64,000 bases of DNA, taken from NCBI GenBank assembly GCA_038318895.1, contig JBBQCS010000006.1, forward strand, positions 798 to 64,797, written 5' to 3'. The notes beneath the pieces were generated by a model. The model saw only the letters and a list, made by a program, of their open reading frames with translations, did not search any database and was not told the origin of the DNA. Origin of the DNA: Alphaproteobacteria bacterium (GTDB lineage Bacteria; Pseudomonadota; Alphaproteobacteria; UBA11222). Of this stretch, positions 19,638 through 29,611 are shown piece after piece (the first letter of the stretch is position 1; every line of letters starts with the position of its first letter). Made by a program: the position numbers and the translations under genes.

Positions 19638-20918
19638 GTGAAGACAGTCCGCCTATGGCTCTGGGCATTTGCCGCAGCGGCCTTTGCCCCCATCATTGTA
19701 TTCGGCGCCAATGGCACGGTCATCCTGCTGGGCCTGGTGGCGCTTGCGGTTCCGGGATTGAGGGCATGGCGCGGGGCAATCAATGATCTCGCCCGAACCC
19801 CCATTGGATGGGCGTTGTGCGGAATGCTGGTTATTGCCATTACCAGCCTGATCTGGACTCCCGCCCCCGATGTTGCCGCTGATAAATTATTGCGGCTGGT
19901 ACTTTTGTGGTTCGGTGGCTGCGCGGCTCTGGGGGCTATAAGCAATGCTGACACCAATACGATCAAGTGGCTGGCGCGATTGCTACCGGTTGGCATTTGC
20001 GTGGCACTGCTGTTCTACTGGATTGAACTGGCGACTTCGGCGCGGATCATCTCTCTGATCACCGGGCTGGACGCAGCGATGCAGGCCCGCTTTCCCACCC
20101 CGCACGAACAGGAACTTTTCCGTTCGGTGTATGGTTTTGGCGCGATCAGCCGCGGGGCCGGGCTGCTGGCGATTTTTGTATGGCCGGCCATGGCGTGCTG
20201 TATCGCGCTGTTTCCTGCCCGTGGCAAGTGGCTGGCAGCGGTCCTGGGCGGGGCGGTTTTCGTGACGATACTTCCACTGCCGATGCAAGCCGCGTCCCTG
20301 GCCATGGTGGTTGGCGCCGGGGCATTTTTTTGCACCTGGTTTGCCCCGCAGCGCGGACCAAAAGTGATGGTCGCTCTGGCCGTGGTGCTTACCGTAATTA
20401 TGCCGCTAATTTCGTATCATGTTGCGCGTCCCGAAGTGCTGGGAATAGAAAAACACCAACTGCCCGGGTCGTGGCAGCATCGGGTGGAAATCTGGCATTT
20501 CAGCGCTACTAAAATTAGCGAAAAACCGCTTCTTGGCTGGGGCTTTGACGCATCACGCAATATTGACGGTGGTAATACCCAGTTTGTGCTGGAATTGCCT
20601 GACGGCAGCGAGAAGATTTTCCCCGGCATCGGTCTGCTGCCACTGCATCCGCATAATGGTATTCTGCAAGTATGGCTGGAAATGGGGGCAGTGGGCGCTG
20701 TGTTGCTCACGCTGTTATTCTTCGGGCTGGGAAAAAGTCTCGCGGCCATCACAAATGCTTATGGTCGTCTGGGCGGGGCAATGGCCAGCGCCAGCACCGC
20801 CAGCGCATTATGCGTCGGGCTTCTGAGTTTCGGGCAATGGCAAAGCTGGTGGCAGGCCAGCCTGTGGATCGCCGCACTGCTTTGTACCGGCGCACTGCGC
20901 GCTTTTAGTCCTCGTTGA
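19638..20918 (+). CDS. O-antigen ligase-family (Wzy_C / WaaL-like) polytopic membrane protein
   Basis: About 10-12 predicted TM helices and a Wzy_C-like periplasmic loop motif (HPHNGILQVWLEMGAVG). Confidence 0.7.
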   Translation: MKTVRLWLWAFAAAAFAPIIVFGANGTVILLGLVALAVPGLRAWRGAINDLARTPIGWALCGMLVIAITSLIWTPAPDVAADKLLRLVLLWFGGCAALGAISNADTNTIKWLARLLPVGICVALLFYWIELATSARIISLITGLDAAMQARFPTPHEQELFRSVYGFGAISRGAGLLAIFVWPAMACCIALFPARGKWLAAVLGGAVFVTILPLPMQAASLAMVVGAGAFFCTWFAPQRGPKVMVALAVVLTVIMPLISYHVARPEVLGIEKHQLPGSWQHRVEIWHFSATKISEKPLLGWGFDASRNIDGGNTQFVLELPDGSEKIFPGIGLLPLHPHNGILQVWLEMGAVGAVLLTLLFFGLGKSLAAITNAYGRLGGAMASASTASALCVGLLSFGQWQSWWQASLWIAALLCTGALRAFSPR

Positions 20919-21321
20919 AGCGCAGACCAGATGTTGCAGGTGCTGTTGCGCCGGCTGCCGAATCGCGGTTCAAATTCTGGGCGGCAAGGCGGCCCAGATA
21001 CTCCGCCCATAACTTGTCCTTCGCCTGCCCCATTTCGTAAAAATAAGCCCAGGTATAAAGCCCGGTGTCATGTCCGTCATCGAAGTGAATGCGCAGGGCA
21101 TAGTTTCCCACCGGATCAAGGCGGGTGATTGTTACATCGCGTTTGCCTGCAACGGTAACTTCCTGGCCTGGCCCGTGGCCTTTGACCTCGGCGCTTGGGC
21201 TATGTACGCGCAGAAATTCAGCGCTAAACTGAAAATGGCTGGCGTCGTCAAAATTGATCTCCAACAGATTTTGCGCCTGTTTCAGCTTCACTTCCACCGG
21301 CCATGGGGGCGTTTGGCTCAT
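20905..21321 (-). CDS. DUF971-domain protein (gamma-butyrobetaine hydroxylase-like N-terminal domain)
   Basis: 138 aa with the DUF971 pattern ([26 protein letters not shown]...[20 protein letters not shown]). Confidence 0.8.
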   Translation of the reverse strand: MSQTPPWPVEVKLKQAQNLLEINFDDASHFQFSAEFLRVHSPSAEVKGHGPGQEVTVAGKRDVTITRLDPVGNYALRIHFDDGHDTGLYTWAYFYEMGQAKDKLWAEYLGRLAAQNLNRDSAAGATAPATSGLRFNED

Positions 21322-21530
21322 TTGACGCCGGTTTCGTCCAGGGCGCGCGCTTCATCGGGCAGCATAATGGGAATGCCGTCGCGGATCGGATAGGCAAGCC
21401 CGGCTTTCCGGCTGATCAGCTCATTGGCCGCGGCATCATATTCCAAAGTAGATTTGGTCAGTGGACAGACCAGTATTTCCAGCAGTTTTGGGTCAACTTT
21501 ATGGCTGGCGGCGTCGTTGTTATTTGACAT
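21318..21530 (-). CDS. Trm112-family protein (UPF0434 / YcaR-like)
   Basis: 70 aa. [17 protein letters not shown]...[16 protein letters not shown] is the Trm112 signature. Confidence 0.8.
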   Translation of the reverse strand: MSNNNDAASHKVDPKLLEILVCPLTKSTLEYDAAANELISRKAGLAYPIRDGIPIMLPDEARALDETGVK

Positions 21531-21559
21531 GGCGCTTGTCCTTTCACGCGTAAAATACG

Positions 21560-22252
21560 TTACTGCAATGTTGTGTCCGGTGGCGACGATGCGCTCGCCA
21601 CAGCCATCTCAAGCAGCGTCATCAGGGTTGCCGCCCGTTCACGCAGGCTTTGTGCTTCCAACAGCGCCTGTTTTTCCGGCAACTCAAACGGGCAATTCAT
21701 CACCAGCATATTAACGAGATCTTCGGTCGGGGTATTTTCCACGGCCTTCCAATCTGCCGAGAGTTGATTGTGCTCCAGATAAATTTTTAAATCCGCAAGT
21801 AATGCCGGACGATCCACCCCGCCGGCATCCTGACGCGCCAGATCATTCTCAAACTGCGTAAAATCCGCAACCACCTGGCGATAGTGCGTTGTAACCGGTA
21901 ATTCTTCGCGTACATGAAAGCGGCAAATGCCGTTCAGGATAATATGGTAGCGTCCGTCTCCAGTCTCGCTGAACGACACCAGGCGTCCCAGGCAGCCTAC
22001 ATTATAGAGCACAGGATGGTCGAGACCTCCGATCCCCGCAGGCGCACCCCCTGGCGGTTGTTCGTTATGCGGCTGAATCATGCCGATGACCCGGTCATCG
22101 GTCAGCGCATCATCGATCATCGCAAGATAACGAGGCTCAAAAATATTCAACGGCAACCGGCTGCCGGGAAGCAACAGCGCCCGCGCCAGCGGAAACACCG
22201 CGAAGCGTTGCGGCAGCGAACTTATGTCGAGATAATTCCGGGGCTGACGCAT
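21560..22252 (-). CDS. LON substrate-binding (Lon N-terminal) domain protein
   Basis: 230 aa. [18 protein letters not shown]...VIGMIQP matches the Lon N-domain. No ATPase or protease domain is present. Confidence 0.8.
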   Translation of the reverse strand: MRQPRNYLDISSLPQRFAVFPLARALLLPGSRLPLNIFEPRYLAMIDDALTDDRVIGMIQPHNEQPPGGAPAGIGGLDHPVLYNVGCLGRLVSFSETGDGRYHIILNGICRFHVREELPVTTHYRQVVADFTQFENDLARQDAGGVDRPALLADLKIYLEHNQLSADWKAVENTPTEDLVNMLVMNCPFELPEKQALLEAQSLRERAATLMTLLEMAVASASSPPDTTLQ

Positions 22253-22273
22253 TTTGCGGGCCTGTGTATTATT

Positions 22274-23185
22274 TTACGAGAATAAAATGGCGGACAACTT
22301 ACGCCGGGCGTCCATGGTCACAGGATCTTCGGGACCAAGCATCTCAAACAGGCGCACCAACTGTTTACGCGCGGCCTCGTCATTCCATGCGCGTTCCTTA
22401 CGCATAATTTCAAGCAGATGACCCGCCGCGGATTCATTGTCGCCCTTCGCCGCCAGCCCGACGGCCAGATCATATCTGGACTGGTGATCAAGGGGATTGC
22501 TTGCCAGTGCCGCTTCAAGTCCGGCAAGGTCACCCACATTCTGCGACGATTCCGCTAACTCCAGCGCCGCCTGTACGGCAACAATTTCTGAATGGTTCTG
22601 CTCAGTGATCGGCGTCAGCGCCAAAACCTGGCGCGCGCCGTCAAAATTGCCACCCTGCAGATTGCATCGCGCCAGCCCCGCAATGGCCAGGGGATTGGCC
22701 GGATCTTCCTGTAACACCTGGCCATAGGCCTGGGCGGCGGCCGCCAGATCTCCCGTGGCAAACACCTGGGCCGCAACTTCCAGCAACTGGTCCGTTGGCG
22801 ACGGCCCGCCGGGGCCCGCGACGCGGTCGATCATGGCGCGAATCTGGCTCTCCGGCTGATTGCCGACAAACCCGTCCACTGGCTGTCCTTTATCGAAAAC
22901 GAACACCGCCGGTATGGATTGAATACGTAACTGCTGGGCGATTTCCTGATTTTCGTCAATATTCACCTTAACCAGCGCAACCCGGCCCCCGGCGGCGTTG
23001 ACGGTTTTTTCCAATATTGGGGTAAGCTGTTTGCACGGACCGCACCATGGAGCCCAGAAATCCACAAGAATTGGCCGTTCTTGAGACGCTTCTATCACGT
23101 CCTGGACAAAGGTCTCGATGCCACTGTCTTTAATCAGACTGGCGTCGACGGCGTTTGATGCATTTCCACCGATATTAGGTTCCAT
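22274..23185 (-). CDS. Thioredoxin-domain protein with a C-terminal TPR-like region (YbbN/CnoX-like co-chaperone)
   Basis: WAPWCGPCK active site followed by TPR-like helical repeats. Confidence 0.85.
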   Translation of the reverse strand: MEPNIGGNASNAVDASLIKDSGIETFVQDVIEASQERPILVDFWAPWCGPCKQLTPILEKTVNAAGGRVALVKVNIDENQEIAQQLRIQSIPAVFVFDKGQPVDGFVGNQPESQIRAMIDRVAGPGGPSPTDQLLEVAAQVFATGDLAAAAQAYGQVLQEDPANPLAIAGLARCNLQGGNFDGARQVLALTPITEQNHSEIVAVQAALELAESSQNVGDLAGLEAALASNPLDHQSRYDLAVGLAAKGDNESAAGHLLEIMRKERAWNDEAARKQLVRLFEMLGPEDPVTMDARRKLSAILFS

Positions 23186-23496
23186 TATGTGCGCTCTTTC
23201 CTGGTTGACGCGGCCAGCACGTTTTGAGAGCTGAGGTTAACTCTTTTTATCCTTGTGTAACAGCATTGTGCAATGGGCAGGCTGCACATCATATCCGCTG
23301 GCGCAGCGATTCCAAAATTTGCGGGATCTTACGGTACGCTTTGATACGACCCTGGGAGTTTGGGCAACACTGGTAAACCGATGATTCTAGCGGTATTCAG
23401 GATGTGAAGTTCGTGAAACGAACCGGCCGCTATAATAGTGGGGACTTCAAAACCACACTGCTAAGGATACGGGATGCATTTTTCAGGAATTCAGGC

Positions 23497-24408
23497 ATGT
23501 TACAGCGGTTTCTAATTTTCGCACCTGTTTCGATACTGCTATTGGCGGGAACGCCGGTGAAGGCAGTTGATACGGAAAATTCGCTGCAAACCACTGGTGA
23601 TGTGCGGAATACAAATGCCTTTATAATTAATCCGGGCGCACGTTTTCGTGATTGTGAAAACTGTCCAGAAATGGTCGTAATTCCGCCGGGCCGTTTTCAA
23701 ATGGGGTCACCTGCGGATGAGCGCGGACGCAGCAGCGATGAAGGTCCGCTGCATGAAGTAACACTGCAACGCCCGTTCGCTATTGGCCGGTTTGAAGTCA
23801 CCATTAGTGAATGGAATGCCTGTGTCGAAGCCGGTGCGTGCCGGGATGTGCCGGATGACCGGAGGGGCGGTGGAAATAATCGGCCGGTTACGAATATTAG
23901 CTGGAACGATACCCAGCAATATGTTGCCTGGTTAAGTGCGCTTACCGGTGAGCAATACCGGTTACCGTCGGAGTCAGAGTGGGAATATGCGGCGCGCGCC
24001 GGCTCCGGCACGGCACGCTATTGGGCGGAACGTTCGATCGCGTGCGCATTTGCCAATGTCTATGACATTTCAGGGCAGCGTGTGCATCAGTTTGAGTGGC
24101 CGCATTTCACCTGTATAGATGCGAGCACCACGACGGCGCCGGTGGGTAATTATCTGGCCAATGATTTTGGCTTGCACGACACGCTGGGCAATGTCTGGGA
24201 GTGGGTTCAGGATTGTTGGGTTGATAGCTATGACAACGCGCCCGACGACGGAAGTCCGCGACTTGACGGGGATTGCAGACGGCGGGTAGTGCGCGGCGGC
24301 TCCTGGAAGAATATTACCTGGGCTACGCGATCGGCATTCCGGGGCTGGCAGGGCGTAGATGACCGGGTCGACGCCAACGGGTTGCGCGTCGCCCGCTTCA
24401 GCGAGTAG
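23497..24408 (+). CDS. Secreted formylglycine-generating-enzyme (FGE / SUMF1) family protein
   Basis: Signal peptide (MLQRFLIFAPVSILLLAGTPVKA) and the FGE-sulfatase domain signatures (RGGSWNN.., NVWEWVQDCW, GFRVAR). Start set at the ATG at 23497 ahead of the signal peptide; the ORF track begins at 23404. Confidence 0.75.
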   Translation: MLQRFLIFAPVSILLLAGTPVKAVDTENSLQTTGDVRNTNAFIINPGARFRDCENCPEMVVIPPGRFQMGSPADERGRSSDEGPLHEVTLQRPFAIGRFEVTISEWNACVEAGACRDVPDDRRGGGNNRPVTNISWNDTQQYVAWLSALTGEQYRLPSESEWEYAARAGSGTARYWAERSIACAFANVYDISGQRVHQFEWPHFTCIDASTTTAPVGNYLANDFGLHDTLGNVWEWVQDCWVDSYDNAPDDGSPRLDGDCRRRVVRGGSWKNITWATRSAFRGWQGVDDRVDANGLRVARFSE

Positions 24409-24742
24409 CGGCAAATCAGTAAGCGGACGAATCAGGCGGCGTCCCATCCGTTAGGGCTTGATGCGCTTGGTTTTTGCCGTAGACGCTTATCCGATCGCTG
24501 TCATTAACCGGTTTATCCGGGGTAATCCGGAAGCCACACGGTAAAGCCTTCAATTCTGTCTGAACACGCCGCACAGGCACTGGCGCTGCCGGGACAAACC
24601 GGGCAATGACACAGTGGGTTTGGATATGCTTTCGCGTGAATTCACCACGACATGATCCATCCGCACTTATGACAGATCTATCGCCGGCGCCTTCGGGGGC
24701 TAAAATTCAATCCGCAACATGAACGGCAAGAAGCGCCGGCAG

Positions 24743-25237
24743 TTATAGCAATTCCAGACTTTCAGCCTGCGGACCTTTTTGACCCTGACTGGTGGACACC
24801 CGTACCCGCTGTCCTTCCATCAGGGAGTTAACGCCCGCGCGTTCAACCACCGAGATGTGCAAGAAGATATCCTTGCCACCACTGTCGGGCTGAACAAAGC
24901 CAAATCCTTTGGCAGGATTGAACCATTTCACGATGCCCTCAGCGGATCCGGTGGCAACTCCACCACCACCACCGCCGCCGCCCCGGGGAGCACCGCCGCC
25001 AGAGGGAGATGGGGCGGCAGACCTGGGCGCATCCTTTACAGAAAAGATGTTTTCAATTTGCGGCCCTTTTCGCCCCTGACCAACCTCGCACTCAATCATC
25101 GTGCCTTCGCCCAGGCTGGCGTAGCCGGCGCGTTCAACAACAGATATGTGCAGAAAGGCGTCCGGCGTACCATCTTCGAAAGTAACAAAACCAAACCCCT
25201 TGGCGGGGTTAAACCATTTAACCGTAGCGTTCGTCAT
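24743..25237 (-). CDS. Cold-shock-domain protein with two tandem CSDs joined by a Gly-rich linker
   Basis: Two copies of the CspA-like domain (TVKWFNPAKGFGFVTFEDG... and GIVKWFNPAKGFGFVQPDSG...) separated by PSGGGAPRGGGGGGGG. Start at MTNATVKW (25237). Confidence 0.85.
   Translation of the reverse strand: MTNATVKWFNPAKGFGFVTFEDGTPDAFLHISVVERAGYASLGEGTMIECEVGQGRKGPQIENIFSVKDAPRSAAPSPSGGGAPRGGGGGGGGVATGSAEGIVKWFNPAKGFGFVQPDSGGKDIFLHISVVERAGVNSLMEGQRVRVSTSQGQKGPQAESLELL
24959..25000 (-). repeat. In-frame (GGN)n / poly-Gly codon tract inside the tandem-CSD gene
   Basis: Plus strand reads caccaccaccaccgccgccgccccggggagcaccgccgcc, which encodes the Gly-rich inter-domain linker. Confidence 0.6.
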
Positions 25238-25387
25238 GTGAAGGAAATCCAAGCAAAGAGTCAACGTCCCATACAGTAGTAGAATTTTTTGCGCCACGTA
25301 TAGTTTTTTTTAGCCGACTTATGATTTTCTTTAAAAGCCTCCCGGGTGGGGTGCGGGAAACATGCGCCACTTGATTGCGCCATGCGT

Positions 25388-26893
25388 CTACATAGCCTGC
25401 GGCGCATCCTGCAGGGGCGGCGTTATGCCACTGATGGCGTGGCGGGTTTTTTCCCAGTAAAATGGATCATTGGCCAGCTGCCACAGTGCCCGCAGGGACG
25501 CGAGCATGGTCAGCCCCCAATAAAGCGGCGTCAGCACGATTTCTACAAGCAGGTCATAATGCCCGCGTCCCAGCGCCCCGGCAGCGGCGCAAATTACGGT
25601 TACAGATAAGCCTGTGACAAAAATAATCCCGTTCAGGCTGGTGAGTATTTCCGGCGCGGCGGGACCGCAGGCGCATATTCCAAGAATGAATATCAGCGTG
25701 GCCGCAGGCATCGCCAGCGCCAGCGCAACCGTACCCCCGACAAACAGCTGGAAACCAAGAAAGGCGCCCGTTCCCAATTGCCGCCACAGCAGGATTGGTC
25801 TGCGCATATGCACCAGCCAGGTGAGCATATAACCCTTTAGCCAGCGAGTACGTTGCCGCAGCCAGTTGGCGTGCTGGCAATTGGCCTCTTCCATGGTGGT
25901 TGAATTCAATACCCCGCATTGATAGCCCTGGCGCGCAAGGCGCAGGCCGAGATCGGCGTCCTCCGTAACATTATAGGCGTCCCACCCGCCAAGACCGCGC
26001 AGTATGTTGGCACGAAAATGGTTCGATGTGCCGCCAAGCGGTATCGGCAACCCCAGCACCTGAAGGCCCGGCAACAGCCAGTCAAACCACATGCTGTATT
26101 CCAGGGTGAATTGCCGGGTCAGCCAGTTTTCACGCGGATTATAATAATTCAGCCGCGCCTGCAGACACGCCAATCGCGGGCCGCCCGCCCGGAACGCCTC
26201 CGCCGCCTTGCGCAACTGATCCGTTTCGGGAATGTCCTCGGCGTCATAGATAACGACATGCGCGCCACGAGCAGACGCCAGTGCGTAATTGCACGCTTTG
26301 GGTTTTGTGCGCGGGGCAAGCGGCGGCACACGCAATATTTCGAAGTGCGCCGGCGGCTTCAGGTTTTGTATTGCTGTAAAGGTCGCAATATCATCAGCTT
26401 CAAGGACTAGTTTGATATCCAATCTGTTTACCGGATAGTCCAACTGCATCAGGGCGGTGATCAGTTGCATCACGCTTCCGGGTTCGCGATAGAGCGGAAC
26501 AAGCACGGTATAGACGGGCAATTCAGCGTCGCTGCGTCTCTGGCTATCTGGTACGGCGTCCCTGGCGCGCCATGCCGCATAACACCCCGCGATCAGCAGC
26601 AAGCAACGAAACAACGCCACCACCGTAAAAAAGGCCGCCAGTACCCAGCAAAGCACTAGGAAAGATGGGCGTGGCGCAATCAGCGACATCGAAAATAACA
26701 CTAAAAGCAGCGACACAGTTATGAGGCGCTGCGCGGTGCTGACGCCTGTGTGGGCGCTGAATTGCGGTTGTTCCCACGCCAGCCGCCAGGCGGCGTTTTC
26801 GGCGATAGTCAGTGGATCGTCGGGGGGTTCTCTGGAGACGCAATATTCATAATCAACTAGTGATTGCTGATTAGGAGACAAGACCGCTTTCAT
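25388..26893 (-). CDS. Membrane-embedded family-2 glycosyltransferase (processive GT2 type with a Q(R/Q)xRW motif)
   Basis: N- and C-terminal TM helices, a DxD region (IYDAEDIP) and a QRTRWLKG motif typical of cellulose/chitin/hyaluronan-synthase-like GT2 enzymes. Start set at MKAVLSP (26893). Confidence 0.75.
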   Translation of the reverse strand: MKAVLSPNQQSLVDYEYCVSREPPDDPLTIAENAAWRLAWEQPQFSAHTGVSTAQRLITVSLLLVLFSMSLIAPRPSFLVLCWVLAAFFTVVALFRCLLLIAGCYAAWRARDAVPDSQRRSDAELPVYTVLVPLYREPGSVMQLITALMQLDYPVNRLDIKLVLEADDIATFTAIQNLKPPAHFEILRVPPLAPRTKPKACNYALASARGAHVVIYDAEDIPETDQLRKAAEAFRAGGPRLACLQARLNYYNPRENWLTRQFTLEYSMWFDWLLPGLQVLGLPIPLGGTSNHFRANILRGLGGWDAYNVTEDADLGLRLARQGYQCGVLNSTTMEEANCQHANWLRQRTRWLKGYMLTWLVHMRRPILLWRQLGTGAFLGFQLFVGGTVALALAMPAATLIFILGICACGPAAPEILTSLNGIIFVTGLSVTVICAAAGALGRGHYDLLVEIVLTPLYWGLTMLASLRALWQLANDPFYWEKTRHAISGITPPLQDAPQAM

Positions 26894-27377
26894 TTCCCCA
26901 CCCCTCACTTTTTTATAGTTTATTTTTAGTAAAACAGGGTTTTACAGGCTTGGCAACAACCGCCGGTGCGGGATGATTTTGGATTTGGCGGCTTTTGGTT
27001 CTCAACCCGGTTTATCTCTGCTTCAAGATACTGGCTGGGCCAGGTGGCCAGCGGCTATGGTAAGACCGTATTCAAAGGAATGGCGTCGCGCGCTGCCGCC
27101 CGGCCTCACGATTTGAGTGAGCGCACGGACGTCGAATGACGACACCGGTTTCGTACGACGGGTGGTCTGATTGCGCCCGGCCGATGGCGGCGCGGCGCCG
27201 GCTAATCCTGGGCGATTGACAATCTTCGAGTTGAGTTGATCGCGCGAGCCGAACAGCCGCCGGTCACCGATGTCTCAGAACCCATGCCCCTTTGCTGCTG
27301 GGCGCACGCCTGCTGAGGCGGTAATCGAAGAACGAAATCTTTGACCCATCCTTCTCTTCGCGCCGCGAGACAAAGAA

Positions 27378-27462
27378 TGGTGCGGACGAAGGGACTCGAA
27401 CCCCCACGACTTGCGTCACCAGAACCTAAATCTGGCGTGTCTACCAGTTCCACCACGTCCGC
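27378..27462 (-). tRNA. tRNA-Leu (anticodon TAG)
   Basis: 85 nt class II tRNA on the minus strand: GCGGACG acceptor, anticodon loop TTTAGGT, long variable arm, T-loop TTCGAGT, and a 3' CCA. ORF 27202..27456 is a translation artefact. Confidence 0.85.
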
Positions 27463-27499
27463 AGAATTGGCGTCTCTATAGCATAAAGCGTCTTGGCAG

Positions 27500-28984
27500 C
27501 TAGCTGATTTGCGCTGCGAGTTGCCGAAAAATCTCTGGCATGCGGCCTGCCAGGTCCTCGGCGATCAGGCCACGCCCGGCCAGGTGTCCGCACACGCCAT
27601 GGCACCACACCGCCGCGCAGGCGGCCTCAAACGCGGGCATATCCTGGGCCAGCAACCCCAGCACAAAGCCCGCCAGCACATCGCCAGATCCCGCCGTCGC
27701 CAGCCAGGGGGGGGCGTTTTCATTGATCGCTGCCCGGCCGTCGGGGCTTGCGATCACCGTGTCCGCACCCTTAAAGATTATTACGGAACCACAACGTTTT
27801 GCGGCGGCACAGGCGCGGGTTAGTTTGTCCCCCGGTTTCAAATCCGGGAATAGTTTAAAAAACTCTCCCTCATGGGGGGTTAGAACACAATGCTCGTCTA
27901 TAATCTTAAATAAATCCTCCGGCGTTTCCATGTAAGACGTCAACGCATCCGCGTCCAGCACCAGTTTGCGCCCGTGCCTGCGGGCAACCGCAATCTTGTC
28001 GCGGGTGGCGGCGCCAACCCCAAGACCAGGCCCCAGCAGAACCACATTCATGCGGCTATCGGCCAGCATCGCATCCAGCCCCGCCGCACCGTCCACCTTG
28101 CGGTTCATTACCGCGGTCAGACTGGCGGCGTAGGTCGAAAACGCATCCGGGGGGGCCGCGACTGTCACCAGTCCAGCCCCGATGCGCAACGCCGCATAGG
28201 CCGCCATGCGCGTCGCCCCGGTACAGGCCAGACCGCCGCCCGCGACCACTGCGTGGCCGCGCACATATTTATGATCCTGCGCACCGGGTTGGGGAAATTG
28301 CGCAGCCCAAAGTGCGGGCGCATTGGCGAAGATGCGCGGCGCTATCTGATCCAGCACCTCCACCGGCGTTGCTATATCCGCTGTCTGAACCTCCCCGCAC
28401 AGGCCCCTGCCCGGTAATAATACATGCCCTGGTTTGCGGCGGAAGAATGTGACGGTCAGATCAGCCTGCAGCGCGTCCCCCAGCACCGCCCCGCTGTCGC
28501 CATGCACGCCGCTGGGCACATCGACGGCGCAGACGCGATTGCCGCTGGCGCGCACCGCTGCGATCACATCCAGCACGACACCTTCCAGCGGCCGCGCCAG
28601 CCCGGCGCCGAACATGGCGTCAACAATCAGATCGCCCTGCCTGATCAGAGCGGCAGACAGTGGCGCAACCGGCCCGTCCCATTTGGCCGCCGCCAGCGCC
28701 GCATCGCCCTTCAGCGCCGCGACGTCCCCCAGCAACCCCAACGTCACCATCCATCCGCGCGCCGCAAGCAGCCGGGCGATCACAAATCCGTCGCCGCCAT
28801 TATTGCCGGGACCGCACAACACACAGACGCGGCCCGCAGGCCAGCGCGCGCGGATCGCCAGCGCACAGGCCAGACCCGCGCGCTCCATCAGATCAATGCC
28901 GGGAATGCCGCCGGCAATCGCCAGCCGGTCCGCCTCGTACATTTCGGCGTTGCTGAGCAGGACGATGTCGTGCGGCGTCCTCAT
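27500..28984 (-). CDS. nnr: Bifunctional NAD(P)H-hydrate repair enzyme (YjeF-N epimerase / YjeF-C ADP-dependent dehydratase)
   Basis: The YjeF N-domain and the carbohydrate-kinase-like C-domain are both present. Start at MRTPHDIVLL (28984) forms an ATGA overlap with the upstream gene's stop; the ORF track starts at 29086. Confidence 0.85.
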   Translation of the reverse strand: MRTPHDIVLLSNAEMYEADRLAIAGGIPGIDLMERAGLACALAIRARWPAGRVCVLCGPGNNGGDGFVIARLLAARGWMVTLGLLGDVAALKGDAALAAAKWDGPVAPLSAALIRQGDLIVDAMFGAGLARPLEGVVLDVIAAVRASGNRVCAVDVPSGVHGDSGAVLGDALQADLTVTFFRRKPGHVLLPGRGLCGEVQTADIATPVEVLDQIAPRIFANAPALWAAQFPQPGAQDHKYVRGHAVVAGGGLACTGATRMAAYAALRIGAGLVTVAAPPDAFSTYAASLTAVMNRKVDGAAGLDAMLADSRMNVVLLGPGLGVGAATRDKIAVARRHGRKLVLDADALTSYMETPEDLFKIIDEHCVLTPHEGEFFKLFPDLKPGDKLTRACAAAKRCGSVIIFKGADTVIASPDGRAAINENAPPWLATAGSGDVLAGFVLGLLAQDMPAFEAACAAVWCHGVCGHLAGRGLIAEDLAGRMPEIFRQLAAQIS

Positions 28985-29529
28985 CAGCCGACAACCGTCG
29001 CCGAGGCCTCGCCCAGCTCCACAACCCGCAATGCGCCGCCCGCATTGTCCAGCACGGTGATCGAGCAGTTTTCCGGCGAGAAGCACACCATGCGCGGATC
29101 ATCCAGCGCGTGGCTGACCGCCGCATTGATGGCGATGAAGTGCGAAAAAATAACACTGTCGCGCCCCAGCCCCAGCAGCGTGTCGACGACACCCTGCCGC
29201 CAGACCTGATGGTCTGCGGACAGATCCGACCAGTTGCCGCGCATCGCGCTCCGCAGCCATGCGCCGCGCCCCGCCAGATCGGCCACCGGCGCCACAATTT
29301 CCGAAACCGCCGGCACAATGCGCGCCGCCTGCCCCAACGCCGCCTCCACCGGCGCCGCCGTTTCCCGCGCCCGGCGCAGCGGACTGGAAAACAGCTCCGC
29401 CCCCGCCGCAATCAGCCGCGGTGCAATGGCGGCCGCCTGCGCACGGCCCAGATCATTGAGGCCCGGATCGGGGTCTTCGCTGAACCCCGCCGCCGCCTTG
29501 CCATGCCGGACGAAATAAATAAGCGCCAT
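28984..29529 (-). CDS. Histidine phosphatase (phosphoglycerate-mutase) family protein
   Basis: RHG motif at the N-terminus (MALIYFVRHGKAA). Start set at that Met (29529); the ORF track extends to 29634. Confidence 0.75.
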   Translation of the reverse strand: MALIYFVRHGKAAAGFSEDPDPGLNDLGRAQAAAIAPRLIAAGAELFSSPLRRARETAAPVEAALGQAARIVPAVSEIVAPVADLAGRGAWLRSAMRGNWSDLSADHQVWRQGVVDTLLGLGRDSVIFSHFIAINAAVSHALDDPRMVCFSPENCSITVLDNAGGALRVVELGEASATVVG

Positions 29530-29611
29530 CGTTACTCCTTCGGGGGCTGGTGTCGTGCTGGGTAAAGCTGTTTTGCCCGTGACGTATATGCTGCTCCAAT
29601 ACGCACTGGCT

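Noticed and set aside
27202-27456. 84 aa minus-strand ORF starting MVELVDTPDLGSGD
   Set aside because: It begins inside tRNA-Leu. That peptide string is the well-known tRNA-Leu translation artefact.
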